From a bacterium (GTDB taxonomy: Bacteria; Hydrothermota; 32-111), in contig JAWOBN010000022.1 in NCBI GenBank assembly GCA_046484245.1, positions 1 to 21,947 on the forward strand: a DNA stretch of 21,947 nucleotides, in the 5' to 3' direction. This document shows positions 15,611 to 21,947 of this stretch, one piece after another. A model generated the notes under the pieces. It made no database searches. It saw only the letters and a list, made by a program, of their open reading frames with translations, and was not told where the DNA came from. The position numbers and the translations under genes are program-made. The stretch's first letter is position 1. The number at the start of each line of letters is the position of its first letter.

Positions 15611-17395
15611 ATGAAAGGTAAGATAATGAGGGTAACACTTGTGTCTGCCCTTATACTCCTTGTAGTTAATACAGTATTCCTCATATATGCATTTCACGCA
15701 TTTGCCGGTCTCTCCCAGTCAGTGAAGCTCAATTACCGTGATGTGGGGAAAAATCTTGCCGAGACAATTGAAACTGCCATTGATAAAAACCTTGAGATCA
15801 CATCAATGATACAGGACCATGTTTACAGGGAGATGCTCAACTCAGTGAAAGAGTCGGGCAGTGTTGTCTCACCCGGCTTCAATGCTGTGAGTGTTTATGA
15901 TACAGTGACAGAGGGTTTTTATTTCTCGGATATACAGGATACTGACTCATTCAGGATAATCCTCTATGAAGGCGAGAATATATACACAGTATCAAAGCCC
16001 ACCGGGTGGTACCGGTCTATAGAGTCAAAGGCGGGAGCAGGCAAGTATATTCAGACACTGGGCAATATACCCAATATTGAATATATAGTGATTCAGGACA
16101 AGATAGGTATTGTATCAGCTACTCAGAGCATTGATTCTATTTCCTCAATACTGACGGATTCGCTTCTGAGATACTCATTTGTGGAGAACAGGGATGTTTT
16201 CAGGACATACAGGTTCAAGGGGGAGGATATACATGAATTCATATCACCGGCGGAGAATATTGACGGTCTTCTGAGAATAGGGTTCACTTCCGAGAATATC
16301 CGGTCAACGGAGAGCAAGGCGAGAATAATATTTATAAGCATCATTATAATGATACTGCTCTCCGTATTCCTTATCACTGCAGTGATTTATTTTTACTGGC
16401 GCAGTATGCGCTATGCATCCCGCATACTGGAAAGAGAGAGGGAAAAATCGGGATATTTTGACATTATCAATGACGGTATTATTGTTGTTTCTGAGGAGAC
16501 CGGGGTGATTGAATGCAACAGACGGGCTGAAATAATGATGGAGTCAGCATGCAGAAGCATTGATGATATCACAGGAATCCTCAAAGAGAACAGTATTGAT
16601 ACAGATGAGGATTTTGATGACAGGGAAGTCCGTATTGATGAGAGGATATTCATTGTTTCAGGCAGGATTATCCCCGAGGCCTCCAAGACAATTATCACCC
16701 TTCACGATATTACTGATATGGAAAAACTGAAGAAGACAAACAGGATAATGGAGAAGCAGGCTGCAATGGGGGAGATGTCCGCATTGATTGCCCATGAGCT
16801 GAAAAACCCGCTTAATGGTATATCCATTCTCATTCAGAGGATAATAAAGAGGGGCGGCAGCGATTCAATGATAATGCAGATAAATGATGAGGTGGAGAGG
16901 ATTAATGAGAGAATTATGAAGTATATGGAGTTTTCAAAGACCAATGAGTATCATTTTACTCCATGCAGTATAGATGATATTATTGAGCACACGCTGGAAT
17001 CACTCTCTGTCCGGATTGAGGAGAAGGGGGTTGATGTTTCCGTAAAATCAGAAGGAGGCATGATATCCGCTGATTTTCAGTATCTTGCAACAGTTTTAAA
17101 GAATATTATTGAGAATGCACTGGAGGCAGTGGATGAAGACGGCAGAATTGCAGTGAGGGTATTGAATGACGGGCATGAATTGAGTATCATTATTGAAGAC
17201 AATGGACCCGGCATACCTGAAGCAGACAGGGAGAAGATATTCCGGCTGTATTATTCAACAAAGGAAAAGGGCTCCGGCATAGGCCTTTCAACAGCATACA
17301 GGATAATCAAGGATCATCAGGGCAGTATTGATGTTGAAAGCAGTGAACTTGGAGGCGTGCTGTTCAGAATTATTTTACCTGTGGAGGATGTATGA
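15611..17395 (+). CDS. Membrane sensor histidine kinase (NtrB/ZraS-like)
   Basis: Two TM helices around an extracytoplasmic domain; H-box AHELKNPL, N-box NIIENALEA, DNGPGI, GSGIGL. Confidence 0.95.
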   Translation: MKGKIMRVTLVSALILLVVNTVFLIYAFHAFAGLSQSVKLNYRDVGKNLAETIETAIDKNLEITSMIQDHVYREMLNSVKESGSVVSPGFNAVSVYDTVTEGFYFSDIQDTDSFRIILYEGENIYTVSKPTGWYRSIESKAGAGKYIQTLGNIPNIEYIVIQDKIGIVSATQSIDSISSILTDSLLRYSFVENRDVFRTYRFKGEDIHEFISPAENIDGLLRIGFTSENIRSTESKARIIFISIIIMILLSVFLITAVIYFYWRSMRYASRILEREREKSGYFDIINDGIIVVSEETGVIECNRRAEIMMESACRSIDDITGILKENSIDTDEDFDDREVRIDERIFIVSGRIIPEASKTIITLHDITDMEKLKKTNRIMEKQAAMGEMSALIAHELKNPLNGISILIQRIIKRGGSDSMIMQINDEVERINERIMKYMEFSKTNEYHFTPCSIDDIIEHTLESLSVRIEEKGVDVSVKSEGGMISADFQYLATVLKNIIENALEAVDEDGRIAVRVLNDGHELSIIIEDNGPGIPEADREKIFRLYYSTKEKGSGIGLSTAYRIIKDHQGSIDVESSELGGVLFRIILPVEDV

Positions 17396-18723
17396 ACAGG
17401 TTGCTCCTGGTAGAGGATGAAAAAATTCAGAGAGAGAATCTGAGCGAGTATCTCGGAGAGAATAATTATCAGGTAATGACAGCAGAAGGCGTGACAGATG
17501 CACTGAGCAGAATAGGGAACAATGTCTTTGATATTGTTGTCAGTGACATCAAGCTCAAAGACGGAAACGGAAGGCAGATACTGGAATACATTACGAGCAA
17601 TGCACCGGACATCATATTCATTGCTGTAACAGCATACGCATCTGTTGAAGAGGGCGTCCGGCTTATAAAAGACGGTGCTTATGACTATATATCAAAACCC
17701 GTCAATCTTGATGACCTGGACAATAAGATACAGAGGGCTCTGTCATACTCAACAGTAAGAAAAGAGAATATCCTCCTGAAAAATCAGATTGAACAGGCAG
17801 GGGAGATTATATACAAATCCGGTGAGATGAAGAAGATCATTGAACTGACAGACAGGGTGGCGCGCTCAGGTGCTCCTGTGCTGATAAGCGGAGAGAGCGG
17901 AACAGGCAAGGAGCTCATTGCAAGGCGTATTCACAAAAAATCCGTCAGGTCAGACAATATATTCATGGCTGTAAACAGCGGTGCTCTCAATGAAAACCTG
18001 CTGGAGAGCGAACTCTTCGGATATGAGAAAGGAGCATTCACGGGAGCCGGGCAGAAAAAGGCAGGCAGGTTTGAGACAGCACACGGGGGCACCATATTCC
18101 TTGATGAAATAGGGGATATATCACCTGCAATGCAGGTCAAGCTGCTCAGGGTTCTTCAGGAAGGCGAGTTTGAGAGAGTCGGGGGCACAAAAACAATAAA
18201 GACGGATGTGAGAATCATAGCTGCGACAAATAAGGATATTGATAAGCTCATAGAGAATGATATGTTCAGGGAGGATCTCTTCTACAGGCTTAATGTGCTC
18301 AACATCCATCTCCCGCCCCTGAGGGGCAGGCATGAGGATATTGAGGCGCTTGCCCTTTATTTCATGGAGAAATATTCCAGGGAGAATAACAAACCGGTTA
18401 AATCAATTTCAGAGCCCGCCATGGATAAACTCAAGGGTTATTCATATCCGGGGAATGTGAGGGAATTGCAGAATATTATACAGAGAGCTGTAATACTCTC
18501 AGAGAATGACGAACTCTCCCGGGAGGATTTCATACTCCTTGAACCGGATTCGGGGCAGCTTCCCGCGAGTGATATGGAGCAGGCTGTTGAAACACTGGAG
18601 AGCAGGATGATAACTGATGCCCTGAACAAACACGGGCATTCTGTATCAAAGGCAGCAGATGCACTCAATATAACGAAGAGGCAGCTGAGATACAAGATGA
18701 AGAAATATAATATTGAAAAATAA
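17392..18723 (+). CDS. Sigma-54-dependent response regulator (NtrC family)
   Basis: Receiver LLVEDE...SDIKL...KP; AAA+ GESGTGKE, ESELFG, GAFTGA, FLDEIGD, FREDLFYRLNV; Fis-type HTH AADALNI. Confidence 0.96.
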   Translation: MNRLLLVEDEKIQRENLSEYLGENNYQVMTAEGVTDALSRIGNNVFDIVVSDIKLKDGNGRQILEYITSNAPDIIFIAVTAYASVEEGVRLIKDGAYDYISKPVNLDDLDNKIQRALSYSTVRKENILLKNQIEQAGEIIYKSGEMKKIIELTDRVARSGAPVLISGESGTGKELIARRIHKKSVRSDNIFMAVNSGALNENLLESELFGYEKGAFTGAGQKKAGRFETAHGGTIFLDEIGDISPAMQVKLLRVLQEGEFERVGGTKTIKTDVRIIAATNKDIDKLIENDMFREDLFYRLNVLNIHLPPLRGRHEDIEALALYFMEKYSRENNKPVKSISEPAMDKLKGYSYPGNVRELQNIIQRAVILSENDELSREDFILLEPDSGQLPASDMEQAVETLESRMITDALNKHGHSVSKAADALNITKRQLRYKMKKYNIEK

Positions 18724-18733
18724 AGGAGACAAT

Positions 18734-20011
18734 ATGACAGTACTGTACAATGGTGTTATTGTTACAATGAACAGTGAAATGGAGATTCATGACAGGGGAT
18801 GGATTGAAATAGACGATAATGGCAATATCAAGGATCTGGGCAAGGGCGAACCGCCGAGTAAGGACAGGGACCTCAGAGGCAATATGATAATACCGGCTCT
18901 TGTAAATGGGCACACACATTCTGCAATGACCCTTCTACGGGGATATGCTGATGACCTTGCATTGAAGGATTGGCTTGAGAAACATATATGGCCTGCTGAA
19001 GGCAAGCTGATGAATGAGGAGAACATCAATGCAGGGCTTGAACTTGCAATGCTTGAAATGCTGAGATGCGGTACAGGCACATTCTGCGATATGTATTTCT
19101 TCTCTGGCAGTGAACTCAAGACAGTGGAGAAAGCCGGCATGAGAGGGCTCATGGCGGAAGGCATTATTAATTTCCCGACACCCAACAGCAAGAATGGTGA
19201 TGAGGCATTTGAATATGTCAAACAGGTAATAGAAGAGAATGATACCCGGGTTGCAATGCCTGTACTTTCAGTGCATGCGCCCAATACAACCTCACCTGAA
19301 CTCATTGAAAAGACAGCTCAGTTTGCAAAAGAAAAGGATATGCTCTTTGTAACACATACTGCCGAAACCCAAAATGAAGTGGAGGAGATAAAGAAGAGAT
19401 TCAACAAGACACCTGTAGAGCATCTTGCTTCACTGATTCCGAAGGGAACCAAAACAGCAATGGCTCATATGGTGCATCTTACTGACAGTGATATGGAAAC
19501 AGCTGCACGGAGGCATTTCAATGCTGTGCATAATCCCCAGTCCAATCTGAAGCTCTCATCAGGCATTGCCAGGGTTCAGGCAATGAGGGATGCAGGCATT
19601 AAGGTGTCAATAGGCACAGACGGTCCTGCAAGCAATAATAATCTGGATATGATAGAGGAGATGAGAACTGCGTCTATGATAGGCAAGGGAGCTTCACCGC
19701 TTCATGTTTCTGCTGAGGACATAATGAAGATGGGGACAATTGAAGGCGCCCGTGTGCTGGGACTCGGTGAAATAACAGGTTCTCTTGAAGAAGGCAAGAA
19801 AGCGGATATTGCAGAGATTGACATGAATGGCCTGGAGGCAGTGCCATATTATGACAATCCCTATTCCTTCATTGTATATGCATTGAACAGCAGGGATATA
19901 AAGATGACAATGGTGAACGGCAGGGTCCTCTATAATGAAGGGGAATATAAAACACTCAATAAAAATGAGATTATTGACAGAGTGAAAACAATAAGCAGGG
20001 AAATAAAGTAA
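18734..20011 (+). CDS. mtaD: Metal-dependent amidohydrolase, MTA/SAH deaminase-like
   Basis: NGHTH, MTLLRG, WLEKHIWPAE, HTAET, HNPQSNLKL, GTDGPASNN; start set at 18734 after AAGGAG. Substrate is inferred. Confidence 0.75.
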   Translation: MTVLYNGVIVTMNSEMEIHDRGWIEIDDNGNIKDLGKGEPPSKDRDLRGNMIIPALVNGHTHSAMTLLRGYADDLALKDWLEKHIWPAEGKLMNEENINAGLELAMLEMLRCGTGTFCDMYFFSGSELKTVEKAGMRGLMAEGIINFPTPNSKNGDEAFEYVKQVIEENDTRVAMPVLSVHAPNTTSPELIEKTAQFAKEKDMLFVTHTAETQNEVEEIKKRFNKTPVEHLASLIPKGTKTAMAHMVHLTDSDMETAARRHFNAVHNPQSNLKLSSGIARVQAMRDAGIKVSIGTDGPASNNNLDMIEEMRTASMIGKGASPLHVSAEDIMKMGTIEGARVLGLGEITGSLEEGKKADIAEIDMNGLEAVPYYDNPYSFIVYALNSRDIKMTMVNGRVLYNEGEYKTLNKNEIIDRVKTISREIK

Positions 20012-20012
20012 T

Positions 20013-20783
20013 ATGACTGTCACAATGCTTTCATGGAATGTAAACGGCATAAGGGCAATTGAAAGAAAGGGGTTTTCCAAACTGCTTAAAAAGGAATCAC
20101 CGGATATTATGTGTATTCAGGAGACAAAGGCTCAGGAGGAGCAGATTCCGGAGGCACTCACTGATATTGATGATTATCACACTGTATTTGCCTCTGCTGA
20201 AAAGAAGGGCTACAGCGGGGTCGGCACATTCTCCAAAATCAAGCCCAATGATATAACCAAAGGCATTGGTGTGGAGAGGTTTGACAGTGAGGGCAGGATA
20301 CTGAGGAGTGATTTTGATGATTTCATACTCTTCAATATTTACTTCCCCAATGGCAAGGCATCCCAGGACCGTCTTGATTACAAGATGAGTTTCTACGAGA
20401 CATTTCTGCAGGAGTGGAAATCACTGCTTGATATGGGTGAGAAGATTGTCATATGCGGTGATGTCAATACAGCGCATAAGGAGATTGACATTGCCAGGCC
20501 CAAGGCAAATGAAGACAGAAGCGGATTTCTGCCTATTGAGAGGAAATGGATAGATGACCTCATAGATGCCGGATTTATTGACACATTCCGGTATTTCCAC
20601 AAGGAGCCGGACAATTATTCATGGTGGGACTACAAGACAAAGGCAAGGGAGCGCAATGTCGGATGGAGAATTGATTATTTCTTCATAAGCCAAAATCTGG
20701 AGAACAATCTTAAATCCGCATTCATAAGAGATGACATCATGGGCTCAGACCACTGCCCAGTAGGCATTGAACTGGATATATAA
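20013..20783 (+). CDS. xth: Exodeoxyribonuclease III / AP endonuclease
   Basis: SWNVNGIRA, IQETK, KGYSGV, YFPNG, GDVNTAH, GWRIDY, SDHCP. Confidence 0.96.
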   Translation: MTVTMLSWNVNGIRAIERKGFSKLLKKESPDIMCIQETKAQEEQIPEALTDIDDYHTVFASAEKKGYSGVGTFSKIKPNDITKGIGVERFDSEGRILRSDFDDFILFNIYFPNGKASQDRLDYKMSFYETFLQEWKSLLDMGEKIVICGDVNTAHKEIDIARPKANEDRSGFLPIERKWIDDLIDAGFIDTFRYFHKEPDNYSWWDYKTKARERNVGWRIDYFFISQNLENNLKSAFIRDDIMGSDHCPVGIELDI

Positions 20784-20812
20784 AAAATGAGTAGATAATA
20801 GCGAGATGATTA

Positions 20813-21235
20813 GGTCAATAGTTGATAGTGGATGGTCAATAGTCAAAAAGGGGGATATATGAGTAAAGGCGTGAGGTTCCCCACTTTTACTATTTGAAAC
20901 TACAATCAATCCTTGAAACTTGATTCTTGTGTCTTGAATCTGTTCTTTGACCATCAACTATTAACCATCCACCATTGACCTGGCTGAAGGCCAATCTTCC
21001 CTTGTACGTGAGCGACTCTGTCGCGAGTATCACACGTATCACACGATCTTTAACCATCAACCATAAACTATTAACCTGGCCGAAGGTAATCTTCCGTTGT
21101 ACGTGAGCAAACCTGTTTACGAGTCGAACCAACAATCTTGAATAAATGCTTCATTTTTGTATAATAGATGTAGTATTTGGAAATTGGTAAAAGGGAGAAA
21201 AATGACCATTGACCATCAACTCTCAACAATTAACT
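20813..21235. repeat. Degenerate heptamer arrays in both orientations plus a ~95 bp imperfect tandem duplication
   Basis: Units like TGACCAT/CAACTAT at 20948-20980, 21051-21076 and 21203-21235, and inverted at 20813-20845. ACCTGGC.GAAGG...AATCTTCC.TTGTACGTGAGC occurs twice (~20978 and ~21074). Confidence 0.85.
21138..21165 (+). promoter_or_regulatory. Candidate sigma-70 promoter
   Basis: TTGAAT-16 bp-TATAAT upstream of the 21254 gene. Confidence 0.6.
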
Positions 21236-21253
21236 TTTTCAGTGAGGTATATT

Positions 21254-21947
21254 ATGAGAAAACCTATTCTATCAATTCTTATTCTTTTAACCCTGATTAT
21301 TATAGTATTCCTATCCTCCTGCACCTTACTTATAGATGAGTATAATCGTTTAGTAGGGTATAATAGTATATGCTGGGAAGACAATGACCACATATTGGTA
21401 TATGCAAAGATTGTGGCTTATGATAATTATGCTACAGTAGGCGGAGATATGAAGAATTTTATCTGGGGAGGAGGAGAGATTTGGAGAATAGACGTAAACA
21501 CAGGTGAGAAAGAGCTTGTTCTGAGGAAAAAAGGTCCTGAGTATACAATTACTTATGAATATGCAGTTATAACATTACAAGATACATTGAGATTCATAAG
21601 TGATTGGGATTCTACTTTTGTAATGAGTGAGAATTATGATAATTGGCAAGCTGCTGGTGCATATTCACATCCTCAGATCAGTGAAGATGGCAAAGAAATT
21701 GTTTTTTTAAAAGAAAGCAATGAAATAGAAGATGTTTATGTAAAAAAAATGCATTTAGATACAGGTGTAGAAACACTTCTATGGGAGACAACAGCTAATA
21801 TCAAAGCTATGGACTATGATTTTGACAGAAACCTGCTTTTACTGAATAACATAAGGTTGGTCAATCTTAATACTGGGCTGGATACGGTATTATTAGAGCA
21901 TGGAGATGAAATAAGTGGTTATAAAGTTTCTGACCCTTATGCTGCAA
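21254..21947 (+). CDS. Putative lipoprotein with TolB/PD40-like beta-propeller; runs off the window
   Basis: GAGGT SD; MRKPILSILILLTLIIIVFLSSC lipobox; EIWRIDVNTGE and HPQISEDGKEIVF propeller-blade motifs; no in-frame stop seen, consistent with its absence from the ORF track. Confidence 0.8.
   Translation, partial: MRKPILSILILLTLIIIVFLSSCTLLIDEYNRLVGYNSICWEDNDHILVYAKIVAYDNYATVGGDMKNFIWGGGEIWRIDVNTGEKELVLRKKGPEYTITYEYAVITLQDTLRFISDWDSTFVMSENYDNWQAAGAYSHPQISEDGKEIVFLKESNEIEDVYVKKMHLDTGVETLLWETTANIKAMDYDFDRNLLLLNNIRLVNLNTGLDTVLLEHGDEISGYKVSDPYAA

Noticed and set aside
20745..21339. ORFs 20745-20957, 20890-21135 and 21157-21339
   Set aside because: They are translations of heptamer repeats or out-of-frame overlaps with the real 21254 gene.

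Overview
Bacterial chromosomal window, probably from a diderm (lipoproteins, LolA-like and beta-barrel-like proteins; inference). From left to right it holds: a structured repeat array built from interrupted tmRNA T-arm copies; the tmRNA gene ssrA (minus strand, 584-927, tag GDETYAIAA); an ABC ATPase/permease pair; a DtxR-family regulator-feoABC iron operon with a candidate operator; a LolA-like protein; a six-gene DUF2089/SHOCT-like operon including two small ORFs missing from the ORF track; about 1 kb of non-coding DNA with nested inverted repeats; DUF2007 plus a methyltransferase; fba-dgt-DUF2062-membrane protein; a lipoprotein, histidine kinase, sigma-54 response regulator, amidohydrolase and xth; a heptamer/REP-like repeat patch; and a truncated beta-propeller lipoprotein. 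The most notable signals are the tmRNA 3'-linked array with T-loop inserts and covarying spacer hairpins, the nested asymmetric inverted-repeat elements, the all-SHOCT operon, and a recurring 16-bp sigma-70 promoter spacing. All family assignments come from motif recognition by eye; no database searches were run.
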